A stretch of 54,791 bases of DNA, from the NCBI GenBank assembly GCA_964610995.1, contig CAZSWF010000003.1, forward strand, positions 1 through 54,791, given 5' to 3'. The position numbers were made by a program, and so were the translations under genes. The DNA is from an uncultured Candidatus Saccharibacteria bacterium (GTDB lineage Bacteria > Patescibacteriota > Minisyncoccia > Phycocordibacterales > UBA9973). Shown here piece by piece: positions 26,804-35,776 of this stretch (position 1 is the stretch's first letter; each line of letters opens with the position of its first letter). Under the pieces are notes generated by a model. The model searched no databases and had not been told where the DNA came from. It saw only the letters and a list, made by a program, of their open reading frames with translations.

Positions 26804-29437
26804 CTATTGTGCTTGCAGTGCTTGGACTTGCTGTAGAAGCCTGTTTGCTTCGGCAGTGGTTGTTGCCCGAGATACTTGCTGTAGAAGCTCAAGCGCTTGG
26901 AGAGATGAGACCGGTGTTGTTGTAGTAGGCTCAGTTGGGAGTGTACTGCCACTCGTTCTACTTGTAGTAGTGGTCCGCGCTGCAGTGTAGAGAACCAGGT
27001 TTCTTGTTGCGACCCATCCATCAGGAGCAAATGAGAAATCAAGTTTGTACCAAATGTACCCATTGTTACTAACTGGTCCACCGATCACTGTACCTATCAT
27101 TCCTTTTGACTGTGTACCAAGGATAGTACCAGTAGCTCCCACGGTTGGGTTTGCGCGTACATTTACTCGTGCAGTGGTCTTGTACTGTACAGTTACTGGA
27201 AGGGTTGTGACTGATACAGGAGTAGACTGTGCTGTTTCGTCACAATCACAAGGGTAAATAGCAGATACTGCATATGTATATGTAGTGTTTGCGACCACAT
27301 CAGTATCAACATACGTAGTAGCTGGTCCTACTGTATGACCGATGTTTACGCCATTTTTCCAAAGCTCATAGCCATATACTGGGCCACTAGAGTTCCATGA
27401 AAGGGTAACACTTGTTGAAGATGTTGCTGTTGCTGTAAGTCCTGTTGGGATACTTGGAGTAGTTGAGGCGTTACTGACAGTGAAGCTTCGAGTTGCGGTT
27501 GTTGAAACATTGCCAGCAGCGTCACGTGCAACTGCAGTCCATGTGTGTGATCCATCTGCTACACCAGTCGTAATCCATGATGCACTGTATGGTGCGGTCG
27601 TGTCGGTAGTGTGGAGAATACCGTCGAGAGTAAATGCAACACTTGCAACTCCAACGTTGTCAGAAGCATCAGCGGTAACTGTCGTTGTACCTGAAACAGT
27701 CGCGCCAGATGCAGGACTTGTAAATGAAACGGTAGGAGCGGTAGTGTCGGCAGGAGGAGTAACTGTGTTGTTTACGATGACAGTAGTCGTTGCAGTACCG
27801 GTGTTTCCAGCTGCATCGCGAGCTACTGCAGTGAGTGTGTATGTACCATTTGCGACACTAGTAGTAGTCCAGCTCACACTGTATGGACTGGTGGTGTCTT
27901 CGCTTCCGAGGTTTGCACCATTGAGCTTAAACTGGACACCGACAACAACATTGCTGTTGTCTGCTGCATTTGCAGAAACAGTAGTTGTACCTGAAACAGT
28001 CGCGCCAGATGCAGGACTGGTGAATACCACAGTTGGTGGAGTTGTGTCTGGTGCTGGTGTACCGCTCGTGTATTCATATGAGCCAATATCAGGAGCAGAC
28101 CCCTGTGGAACAGTGACCCCTGCGATATCCTTTGTAATACCGACATTTGTTCCAGCGTTGATCAGTGGAGAGGTCGATACTGGATAGTAGTTCCAGTTTT
28201 CAGGAGCACCTGTTGTAGATGAGAACAGTGTCGCAGAAGTACTTATTTCATTTGAGTTAAGAGTAAAACCAGGAATACTGTTGTTTGAGAGTTTGTACGC
28301 ATTGTACGTATGACTTATTGCACCATTTGAAGATGCAACATCAACACCGTTTGAGAGTTGAAAGACATTATTTTTCAAATCCAATATTACAGGACAAGGA
28401 GTAGGAGTAGGGCATGGAAGAGATCCGCCAATCATTCTACTTTCAGGAACGTACGGCGCAGCAGTACCTATCACAGTGTTGTTGTGAAACTTCCATCCAC
28501 TAAACGTTGCTCCGAGACCTCGGTTGTCCGGCTGGAAGTAAAAGAGTGAACCTGTATTGATAAGTTTGTTGTATGCGTACGTGTTGTTGATACTATCTCC
28601 CGCTATCTCAGTGAGTCCAACACAGTTTGAGATAGTGTTGTACGCAATAAGGTTGTTGTTGGTACCAGTACCATAGAGCTCGATTGCTCCACCATCGTAG
28701 CCATAGTCATAACTAGGAGCCCAACATCCTTCAAAGGTGTTGTTGGTCACTGTATTTCCAGCAGTTCCAATCGTAACAGGGTTTGCACCGTAGTCTTGGT
28801 CATCTCCGTTACCTACTTGCGTACAAACACCACTACTGTTGAATGAACTACAGGTGTTTACGAGCATGCGGAGGTTGGTGATAGTAGAGCTGTCCAATGT
28901 GTTGTTTGGTCCAAAGAAAACGATAGCTGCTCCAGAGAGTTCAATCGTCATGTTTTTGATCGTCACATAGCTACCATATACGGTAAATACGCGTTGGATC
29001 TTTGCCATTTGTGCATGGTTTGGATCAGCAGCATTTAGTGTTGGGTCGGTAACATTGAACCCATCAAATACAAGGTGTGACACATTTGATCCAATGAAAA
29101 AGAGGTTTTGGATAGTGCTTCCTGTTCCAGTAAAGGTAGGAGCTGCCCCTGTACCGTATGTGTTGAAGGTAATAGGGTTACCAGAAACACCAGAACGATT
29201 AATATTTAATGTTCCTGTGTAGTTTGTATTGGTACCGCGCTTGAAGCTCACGATATCGCCTGGCTGAAGTGTTGCGCTCTGTACCTGAGAGAGTGTTTTC
29301 CAAGGAGTATTGATACCTCCGTTTGATGTTGATCCAGTGTAACTAGAGTCAACATAGTACTGTGCTGCTTGTGCTGCCTGTGCAAAGCCAAACACAACCA
29401 CAAGTGAGAGAACTGTTAATCGAATGAAATATTTCAT
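26804..29437 (-). CDS. Secreted multidomain surface protein: right-handed beta-helix, 2 Ig-like, FN3, SH3b-like, Thr-rich tail
   Basis: Signal peptide; repeated NN-rich beta-helix turns; duplicated TSPASGATVSGTTTV...AVARDAAGN modules; FN3-like PTGLTATATSSTSVTLSW; SH3b-like VNVRANPTV...GYIWYKL. Confidence 0.75.
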   Translation of the reverse strand: MKYFIRLTVLSLVVVFGFAQAAQAAQYYVDSSYTGSTSNGGINTPWKTLSQVQSATLQPGDIVSFKRGTNTNYTGTLNINRSGVSGNPITFNTYGTGAAPTFTGTGSTIQNLFFIGSNVSHLVFDGFNVTDPTLNAADPNHAQMAKIQRVFTVYGSYVTIKNMTIELSGAAIVFFGPNNTLDSSTITNLRMLVNTCSSFNSSGVCTQVGNGDDQDYGANPVTIGTAGNTVTNNTFEGCWAPSYDYGYDGGAIELYGTGTNNNLIAYNTISNCVGLTEIAGDSINNTYAYNKLINTGSLFYFQPDNRGLGATFSGWKFHNNTVIGTAAPYVPESRMIGGSLPCPTPTPCPVILDLKNNVFQLSNGVDVASSNGAISHTYNAYKLSNNSIPGFTLNSNEISTSATLFSSTTGAPENWNYYPVSTSPLINAGTNVGITKDIAGVTVPQGSAPDIGSYEYTSGTPAPDTTPPTVVFTSPASGATVSGTTTVSANAADNSNVVVGVQFKLNGANLGSEDTTSPYSVSWTTTSVANGTYTLTAVARDAAGNTGTATTTVIVNNTVTPPADTTAPTVSFTSPASGATVSGTTTVTADASDNVGVASVAFTLDGILHTTDTTAPYSASWITTGVADGSHTWTAVARDAAGNVSTTATRSFTVSNASTTPSIPTGLTATATSSTSVTLSWNSSGPVYGYELWKNGVNIGHTVGPATTYVDTDVVANTTYTYAVSAIYPCDCDETAQSTPVSVTTLPVTVQYKTTARVNVRANPTVGATGTILGTQSKGMIGTVIGGPVSNNGYIWYKLDFSFAPDGWVATRNLVLYTAARTTTTSRTSGSTLPTEPTTTTPVSSLQALELLQQVSRATTTAEANRLLQQVQALQAQ
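27481..28045 (-). repeat. Tandem duplication (period 300 nt / 100 aa) encoding two Ig-like modules
   Basis: The identical 32-mer gtacctgaaacagtcgcgccagatgcaggact occurs at 27687-27718 and 27987-28018. Confidence 0.85.
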
Positions 29438-29532
29438 AAATGTAAACTAATGCTGTTTATACGGTACCTACTAATAACCTACATATGATACCAAGCATAT
29501 ATAGGCAACACAATCACTAATCCCCAGCTCCG

Positions 29533-29541
29533 TGATACTAT
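29533..29541 (+). promoter_or_regulatory. Extended -10 TGaTACTAT, 7 nt before the smpB ATG (leaderless-type)
   Basis: cgTGaTACTATctacactATG. Confidence 0.5.
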
Positions 29542-29548
29542 CTACACT

Positions 29549-29983
29549 ATGGAGTATCTCCGCAACAAAAAAGCAACCTTTGACTATAACCTCGACGACA
29601 CCTACGAGTGCGGCGTCTCGCTCCTTGGTACCGAAGTAAAGAGTGTCAAAGCTCACCATGGATCACTCTCTGGTGCATACGTATCTATCGTAGACGGCGA
29701 GCTAGTGCTGCTGGGCGCGCACATACCTGCCTGGCAAGAGAAAAATGCGCCAGCAGATTTCGACCCATACCGCACCCGTACCCTCCTCGTCCACAAAAAG
29801 GAGCTTGCTGAGCTCGCAAAGCAGCTCAAAACGAAAGGTTTGACGATCATACCCGTCTCCCTGTATGGTAAAGGCACGGGTATCAAAGCGCAGGTGGCGC
29901 TCGCCCGTGGGAAAAAGACCTTTGACAAACGAGCAACTATCAAAAACCGCGACCTCGACCGAGAGGCTCGCCGTGGAGAATAG
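29549..29983 (+). CDS. smpB: SsrA-binding protein SmpB
   Basis: NKKATFDY...GTEVKS...LLVHKKEL...GLTIIPVSLY...KAQVALARGKK. tmRNA follows directly. Confidence 0.92.
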   Translation: MEYLRNKKATFDYNLDDTYECGVSLLGTEVKSVKAHHGSLSGAYVSIVDGELVLLGAHIPAWQEKNAPADFDPYRTRTLLVHKKELAELAKQLKTKGLTIIPVSLYGKGTGIKAQVALARGKKTFDKRATIKNRDLDREARRGE

Positions 29984-29996
29984 CTCATATATATAT

Positions 29997-30389
29997 GGGG
30001 ATGCTTGGTTTCGACATCATACATGTCGATCTACTCATGCATGCCGAGCATGGACGTACTCTCGTAAACCGTCGTCCAGACACGATATCTGGCAACAGCA
30101 TCGCTAAGGTGAAGTCTCCATTTGCTAACGCATTTGGCTTCGCTCCAGCACTCGCCTAATTTAGGTCAGTCTGGTGTCCTCTGTGTAGACTTCCGATATA
30201 CATATGAGGGCAACATTCATCGGAATAGGACGTAGTACCTGCTTCAGTACTGCTCCAAACTAGTCGAAGCTCGGGAAGGATGTCGTTTTGTACAGCCTTG
30301 AGACACCTTCCTAACCACGAGACTGTACTACGCATGGAGAAATGATGGATCAGGTACGATGCACGGGGGTTCGATTCCCCCCATCTCCA
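29997..30389 (+). ncRNA. ssrA: tmRNA (SsrA)
   Basis: 5' GGGGATG pairs with 3' CATCTCC, including the G3:U70 Ala identity pair. T arm is GGGGGTTCGATTCCCCC. Internal tag frame ends ...FAPALA-TAA (stop at 30157-30159). Confidence 0.88.
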
Positions 30390-30469
30390 CACTTGATTTT
30401 TTTGTATAATATGTAATAATATGCAAAAATAAATTTAACCCCATTCTTTACACAAAAAACTGACAACTT

Positions 30470-30781
30470 ATGCCACTTGCAGAACAAGTATCTCAAGCAC
30501 GCATCGGCCAACCTGCCGATTTGAACCATGCACTCATCAACCTCAATGAGTTAAGGCTCCCAACAAAAGATTTCAGAAACTTATCGCAAAAAGAAGCGAT
30601 ACAAAAATGTCTCGAGGAACGAAAACCAAATGATGTATCTGGCTTTACGATCAATTATCGAACAGGAACAGTAAGGATCCTATCCCTAAAAACTGCACAT
30701 ATCCCCTCTGGTCACCCGCAAATCGTTCAGATAATCGGCAAAACAGGCTTTGGCATTATGAGAAGTCATTTATCAGTTTAG
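30470..30781 (+). CDS. Hypothetical protein (103 aa), AT-richer cassette after tmRNA
   Basis: Clean ORF followed by a terminator. No motif recognised. Confidence 0.45.
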   Translation: MPLAEQVSQARIGQPADLNHALINLNELRLPTKDFRNLSQKEAIQKCLEERKPNDVSGFTINYRTGTVRILSLKTAHIPSGHPQIVQIIGKTGFGIMRSHLSV

Positions 30782-30803
30782 TTCATGTAAAAACCTTTCT
30801 AAG

Positions 30804-30834
30804 TCCACCTATTCTTGTATGGGTGGATTTTTTA
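30804..30834 (+). terminator. Intrinsic terminator
   Basis: TCCACCT-10 nt-GGGTGGA followed by TTTTTTATTT. Overlaps the truB 3' end on the other strand. Confidence 0.6.
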
Positions 30835-31582
30835 TTTCATAGGCGCCGATCACTGTTCGATTGATCGAAAGTGCAAGTGCGGGCATATCGAGCTCTTGCC
30901 CAAGCCACTGTGCGAGTGAGCGCATGTAGGTACCCGACGAAGCAGTAATGACGAGTGTGACAATAGGGAGCGCCCGATTACCATACTGGCTACGTACTTC
31001 TTTCCATCTTTCAATAATTTCTTTTTGTCTAAAATCACCTTGTACCTTTTGTATATCTTGGACTACCTCATCAGCAAGCTCGGCGACTGAACTTGATTCG
31101 ATTTTTTTCACAACTACTTCTTTTATACGAATCTTTTTACGTGGTACTTTTACTGTATTTCCCTCCCGAGCATGGACAAAGAGAGGCTTACCCTCTACTG
31201 GTACTGAGGAGTACATAGGGTACGGGAGCTCGGTGATACTATGCATTTTTTGGACTTTTTCTTTGATCTCTTGCTCTAGTATATCTTTGAGTACAGGATC
31301 AGTCACAAAACCAAGAGGGTCGTGGGTGTCTGAACCGACGCCGAGTAGTATTTCTACTACGTACGTCTTTTCAAGTCCTAAAAGTTTATCTTTTTGGAAT
31401 CGATCCTCTCCTGCAAGCACGAGTACAAGTCCTTCTGCCATAGGATCGAGTCTGCCCGCGTACGTAAGCTTGGTATCTGGACCAAGGTTGTGCTCGCTAC
31501 GGAAACGCTCAAGGAGTACAGCGAGTGTTTCGCCACGCTCTTTATATACAAGAAATATTCCTGAAAATGGTTGACTTTGCAT
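30809..31582 (-). CDS. truB: TruB-like tRNA pseudouridine synthase
   Basis: GIFLVYKERGET..., catalytic Asp motif YAGRLDPMAEGL. 257 aa. Confidence 0.65.
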   Translation of the reverse strand: MQSQPFSGIFLVYKERGETLAVLLERFRSEHNLGPDTKLTYAGRLDPMAEGLVLVLAGEDRFQKDKLLGLEKTYVVEILLGVGSDTHDPLGFVTDPVLKDILEQEIKEKVQKMHSITELPYPMYSSVPVEGKPLFVHAREGNTVKVPRKKIRIKEVVVKKIESSSVAELADEVVQDIQKVQGDFRQKEIIERWKEVRSQYGNRALPIVTLVITASSGTYMRSLAQWLGQELDMPALALSINRTVIGAYEIKNPPIQE

Positions 31583-31623
31583 AGCTTTTTTAGTATTATG
31601 AAGACTCTAGCACAAGATCTATT

Positions 31624-32169
31624 TTGAAGGAACGACTCAACAACCAGATACGCGCGACTGAGGTTCGTGTCATTGACGCCGAGGGAACAAACATCGGTAT
31701 TTTGCCGTTGATAGAAGCGCTCACTATGGCGCACGACCAGGGCGTAGACCTCATCGAGATCAACCCCGACGCCAAGCCACCAATCTGCAAGATCATGGAG
31801 TACGGCAAATACCAGTACGAGCTCAAGAAAAAGGCCCAAAAAGCAAAAAGTGGCGCCAAAACGACCGAAACCAAGAGTATCCAGATCAAGGTAGGTACCG
31901 GAGACCACGACCTCGAACTCAAGGCACGCCAGGCCTCTGGCTGGCTCAAGGAGGGGCACCGTATCAAGGTAGAGCTCTACCTCCGCGGACGCTCCAAAGG
32001 TATGCAGGAAGGCTTCCTCAGGGAGCGACTTGACCGGGTCTTGCATTTTGTGACAGAACACTATAAGATAGCTGAACCACACAAGCGCTCTCCCAAGGGG
32101 CTTGCTGTCGTCATCGAGCGAGACAGGGGGTCCAAGGACAAACCAGTAGCTTCAGAACCGACACAATAA
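31624..32169 (+). CDS. infC: Translation initiation factor IF-3
   Basis: RLNNQIRATEVRVIDAEG..., KPPICKIMEYGKYQYE. Non-ATG start (TTG 31624, with in-frame ATT at 31621). Confidence 0.9.
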   Translation: MKERLNNQIRATEVRVIDAEGTNIGILPLIEALTMAHDQGVDLIEINPDAKPPICKIMEYGKYQYELKKKAQKAKSGAKTTETKSIQIKVGTGDHDLELKARQASGWLKEGHRIKVELYLRGRSKGMQEGFLRERLDRVLHFVTEHYKIAEPHKRSPKGLAVVIERDRGSKDKPVASEPTQ

Positions 32170-32170
32170 T

Positions 32171-32374
32171 ATGAGTAGTAAAACCAACAAATCATTTGCC
32201 AAGCGTCTCAAGGTCACATCGACTGGTAAAATCCTCGCGCGTAAGCCAGGGTTCAACCACTTCAACGCCAAGCAGTCTCGGACCAAGCAGCTCGCTGGCA
32301 AGAAACCTGTCGCCTTTCATATGACCAACAAGGCTATCAGTCGCTTCATCTCGACAGGAACATTTCAAAAATAA
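32171..32374 (+). CDS. rpmI: 50S ribosomal protein L35
   Basis: KTNKSFAKRLKVTSTGKILARKPGFNHF. Sits between infC and rplT. Confidence 0.9.
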   Translation: MSSKTNKSFAKRLKVTSTGKILARKPGFNHFNAKQSRTKQLAGKKPVAFHMTNKAISRFISTGTFQK

Positions 32375-32384
32375 CTAACCATTT

Positions 32385-32729
32385 ATGACACGAGTAAAAC
32401 GAGGAACCATAGCAAATAAACGTCGCAAAAACACTCTTTCTCAGACAAAGGGGTATCGTTTTGGTCGATCAACAAAAGAAGCGCAAGCAAAAGAAGCAAT
32501 CGCTCATGCAGGAACGTACGCATTTGCACACCGCCGCGACAAGAAAGCTGATGCTCGCAAACTCTGGAACACTCGTATCAATGCAGCAGTTCGTGCAGAA
32601 GGTACAACCTACTCAGTGTTTATGAGTAAGCTCACCAAGGCAGGTATCGGGCTCGACCGCAAGATCCTCTCAGGCCTTGCTCAGACACACCCAGCAAGCT
32701 TCAAGCGAGTATTGGACAAAGTAAAATAA
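32385..32729 (+). CDS. rplT: 50S ribosomal protein L20
   Basis: MTRVKRGTIANKRRKN...AFAHRRDKK...W..RINAA. Confidence 0.92.
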   Translation: MTRVKRGTIANKRRKNTLSQTKGYRFGRSTKEAQAKEAIAHAGTYAFAHRRDKKADARKLWNTRINAAVRAEGTTYSVFMSKLTKAGIGLDRKILSGLAQTHPASFKRVLDKVK

Positions 32730-32730
32730 T

Positions 32731-32760
32731 AAAATCCCCTCATTTGAGGGGATTTTATTT
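32731..32760. terminator. Bidirectional terminator between rplT and the convergent ABC-F gene
   Basis: AAAA-TCCCCTC-attt-GAGGGGA-TTTTATTT. Confidence 0.8.
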
Positions 32761-34261
32761 ATCTCAGCTCTTCGACGATTTCTTCGAGATCTTTGTGACG
32801 TTCTTTGATTGTCTGATTTTTGATCAACCAAAATACTTTTTCCTTGAGATCTTGGATGAATTCGTAGTCGTGAGTGACAAGGAGAATCGTACTCTTTGAC
32901 GCGTTGCACGCATCGAGCAATATCTGCCACGTGACTTCGTCGAGGTGGTTGGTCGGTTCGTCGAGAATGATGAAGTCAGGACTTGCCCCAAAGACAAGTG
33001 CAAAGCGTACCCGCATGCGCTCCCCTCCTGAGAGACTGTGAATCTTGGTATCCATTTTCTCCACGATAAACTTCATCATGCCGAGCACTGCTCGCGCACT
33101 TTTCTCATCTTTGTTGAGACCCTCCATCACCACCTCTACTGGTGTCATGTCCGGGTCAAACTCAGCATGCTGATCAAAGTATGCGTGAGTGACCTCTGGT
33201 GTCCACGCTATCGTGCCACCTGCAAGCGGCAAGTGTCCGGTGAGGCATTTGAGAAACGTAGACTTGCCAGAGCCGTTTCTGCCGAGCAGTACAATATGCT
33301 CACCCGTGCGTATATCGAGTGTGAGGTCTCGGAAAATATGACCCTTGGTATACCCAAACGATGCATCAGTGACTCTACAAAGTAGCTTGCCATCATGCAG
33401 TGCGTTGTTGTTCTGTCGAAGCTTGATCTTTGTTTGGCGATCTTCGGGGCGGCTTTCCTCTTTGTGTTTTTGTTTGAGCTCTGCAAGCTCTTGTTTTGTT
33501 TTGAGATACTTTGCGACATCTTTGCCACGAAACGCCTTGGATTCGAGGATACCTATCGTGCTTTGTATCTGTCGTATACGTTTACTCTCCACATCATACT
33601 GTCGTTGCATACCGCCGATGCGCGCAAGCTTGGCATCGATGTAGTCTTGGTACCCACCTTCTGAAATATGCGCTTTGCCCATGGCTACCTCAACGACTTT
33701 GTCTGCGACTGCATCGATCATGCGGCGATCGTGAGAGACAAAGAGCACGCCACCTTTGTACGTTTGGAGTACCTTGATCAGCTCGAGACGACTGATGATG
33801 TCGAGGTGGTTTTCTGGTTCATCGAGGAGTAAGAAGTCTGGCGCAGTAGCGATCCCGACTGACAACGTGAGCACCTTTTGTTGTCCTCCTGAGAGTGAAC
33901 CGGCTATCGCATCCGATACCTTTTGGAGATTGAATCCGAGCTTTGTACTTGTCTCATATACTTTTTTAAATAATGAAAGACCAGCATACTTGGTAATATA
34001 TGCTTCAACGGTGAGTTCGGCATCTGCTTGTGCAAACTCTTGGGCGACATAGTACGTACGAATGTGCGTATTTTTTTCAATACTACCACCTGTGGGTTCG
34101 ATCGTACCCGCAATGATCTTGAGCATCGTCGACTTACCAGTGCCGTTTTCGCCTACAATACAAATACGCTCGCCTTCTGCAAACTTGATCGACACACCAG
34201 AGAGTACCGTGCGCTCGAGAAACGCGTGAGAAATATTTTTAAGTGAGATAGTTTTTGCCAT
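32759..34261 (-). CDS. ABC-F family ATPase (two ABC domains, no TMD)
   Basis: Two Walker A motifs (GENGTGKST, GRNGSGKST), two signatures (LSGGQQ, LSGGER) and a charged linker between them. Confidence 0.88.
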   Translation of the reverse strand: MAKTISLKNISHAFLERTVLSGVSIKFAEGERICIVGENGTGKSTMLKIIAGTIEPTGGSIEKNTHIRTYYVAQEFAQADAELTVEAYITKYAGLSLFKKVYETSTKLGFNLQKVSDAIAGSLSGGQQKVLTLSVGIATAPDFLLLDEPENHLDIISRLELIKVLQTYKGGVLFVSHDRRMIDAVADKVVEVAMGKAHISEGGYQDYIDAKLARIGGMQRQYDVESKRIRQIQSTIGILESKAFRGKDVAKYLKTKQELAELKQKHKEESRPEDRQTKIKLRQNNNALHDGKLLCRVTDASFGYTKGHIFRDLTLDIRTGEHIVLLGRNGSGKSTFLKCLTGHLPLAGGTIAWTPEVTHAYFDQHAEFDPDMTPVEVVMEGLNKDEKSARAVLGMMKFIVEKMDTKIHSLSGGERMRVRFALVFGASPDFIILDEPTNHLDEVTWQILLDACNASKSTILLVTHDYEFIQDLKEKVFWLIKNQTIKERHKDLEEIVEELR

Positions 34262-34264
34262 GGA

Positions 34265-35032
34265 TTATAAAACGGTCAGAATCTCTGCACCTGTCTCTGT
34301 GATCAGTACTGTATGTTCAAAGTGGGCACTGCGAGAACCATCCGACGTCTTGAGCGTGTATCCATCATTCATTAAAATTACGTTCTCAGAACCTCGGGTA
34401 AGCATCGGCTCTATTGCGATCACCATACCGGGCTTGAGTTCGACCCCTTTCCCCTTTTTGCCATAGTTGGGTATATAGGGGTCTTCGTGGATCGCGCGAC
34501 CCACTCCGTGACCAGAGAGATCTCGCACGATGCCAAGCTTGTATGGTCGCACATACTGCTCTATCGCATACCCAATGTCTCCGACAGTAGCACCAGGCAC
34601 AATAGCTGCAATACCTTCTGCCAAAGCCTGCTCAGTAACAGCAATGAGCTCTTTGTCCTTGGCAGCGACCTTCTCTCCTACTGCCACCGTCACTGCGTGA
34701 TCGAGGAACATACCGTCATACTGGAGCCCCAAGTCGAGTGCGACAATGTCACCGTCTCGCAGTACGCGATCGCTCGGGATACCGTGCACCACTTCATCGT
34801 TGATAGATGTAATGAGTGTCGCTGGGTATGGACGATCAGCATCCTCGGGTTTGTACCCGAGAAATGCTGGTATGCAGCCTGCCTCGAGGATGAGTCGGCG
34901 TGCAAGCGCATCAAGCTCCTTGGTAGTAACCCCAACCACAGCCGCCTTTGCAACCTCACGCAAAATACGAGCGAGTATTGGACCGCCTTTCTTGAGTCGT
35001 TCTATTTCATTGTCTGTTTTGATAATAATCAT
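34265..35032 (-). CDS. map: Methionine aminopeptidase, type I
   Basis: VVHGIP, DIVALDLG, GHGVGRAIHEDP, VIAIEPM, FEHTVLIT metal-ligand pattern. Confidence 0.92.
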   Translation of the reverse strand: MIIIKTDNEIERLKKGGPILARILREVAKAAVVGVTTKELDALARRLILEAGCIPAFLGYKPEDADRPYPATLITSINDEVVHGIPSDRVLRDGDIVALDLGLQYDGMFLDHAVTVAVGEKVAAKDKELIAVTEQALAEGIAAIVPGATVGDIGYAIEQYVRPYKLGIVRDLSGHGVGRAIHEDPYIPNYGKKGKGVELKPGMVIAIEPMLTRGSENVILMNDGYTLKTSDGSRSAHFEHTVLITETGAEILTVL

Positions 35033-35055
35033 AAAAATAGTTTCATCGTTTGTTC

Positions 35056-35152
35056 GACGAACAATACTTTTGCCGTCGCGTATTTTTCTGCTGAAAAATC
35101 GCTCACTCTCGGGCCAGTCGCCCTGCGAGAGACGGCAAAAGTATTGTTCGTC
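35056..35152. repeat. 97-nt element closed by a perfect 22-bp inverted repeat with two internal hairpins (adk-map intergenic)
   Basis: gacgaacaatacttttgccgtc (35056-35077) is the exact reverse complement of 35131-35152. The inner hairpins are about 9 bp each. Confidence 0.8.
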
Positions 35153-35158
35153 TCATCA

Positions 35159-35752
35159 CTACTCCAGCCCTAGCCTGTCACAAATATCCTTGTGGATCTC
35201 ATCGATCGTGCGCTCCCCATTGATCTCGAGGAAGTCGACGTCGGGAGATGCCTTGAGCATATCTATCGCTGGCATGACGTTGGCATGAAACCATGCAATA
35301 CGCTCTGCCCGATCGTGTCCATCAAGGTCATCGGGGCGGCCACGTCCGATGAGTCGTTCATTGCTCCACGCGTCTCCTACCGAGAGAAATATGACGTGCA
35401 GCTTCCATCCATAAAACTCTGCCGCAGAGATGAGTACTGGCACCTCAGATGAAACACGTGGCGTACCATCGATAAACACAAACGATTGACCTGTGTATTG
35501 ACTGATCAGTTCATGACTCCACACATGGATACCGATAAATGCTGGTGGGAGCTTGCCCTCGTCCATCAAAGCCTTGGTCTGGGTAGCGGTATACGAATCG
35601 GTCGCACTAAATGCACGAAAGATTGCTCCGGTCTCGAGATGAAGTATCTCATCGGTAGGATACAGTGCGCGAACTTTTTCTTGGAACAGTGCAGCCTGTG
35701 TGCCCTTGCCAGCACCAGACTGTCCGATAAATATATAGGCTTGTTTTTGCAT
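35159..35752 (-). CDS. adk: Adenylate kinase-like nucleoside monophosphate kinase
   Basis: P-loop GQSGAGKGTQ, IDGTPRV (compare DGFPR). Occupies the canonical secY-adk-map position. Confidence 0.7.
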   Translation of the reverse strand: MQKQAYIFIGQSGAGKGTQAALFQEKVRALYPTDEILHLETGAIFRAFSATDSYTATQTKALMDEGKLPPAFIGIHVWSHELISQYTGQSFVFIDGTPRVSSEVPVLISAAEFYGWKLHVIFLSVGDAWSNERLIGRGRPDDLDGHDRAERIAWFHANVMPAIDMLKASPDVDFLEINGERTIDEIHKDICDRLGLE

Positions 35753-35758
35753 ACCTAG

Positions 35759-35767
35759 AGTATAGCA
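35759..35767 (-). promoter_or_regulatory. Extended -10 TGcTATACT, 6 nt before the adk ATG (leaderless-type)
   Basis: Minus strand reads TGcTATACTctaggtATG. It lies in the 24-nt secY-adk spacer. Confidence 0.45.
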
Positions 35768-35776
35768 GCTGCTCCT

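Noticed and set aside
27481-28045. Repeated DNA, considered as a possible CRISPR array or a DGR template/variable-repeat pair.
   Set aside because: The period is 300 nt, in frame and inside one ORF, so it is a duplicated Ig-like module. There is no short repeat-spacer structure, no adenine-specific mismatch pattern that I could see, and no reverse transcriptase gene in the window.
30156-30392. 78-aa minus-strand ORF.
   Set aside because: It lies entirely within the tmRNA gene.
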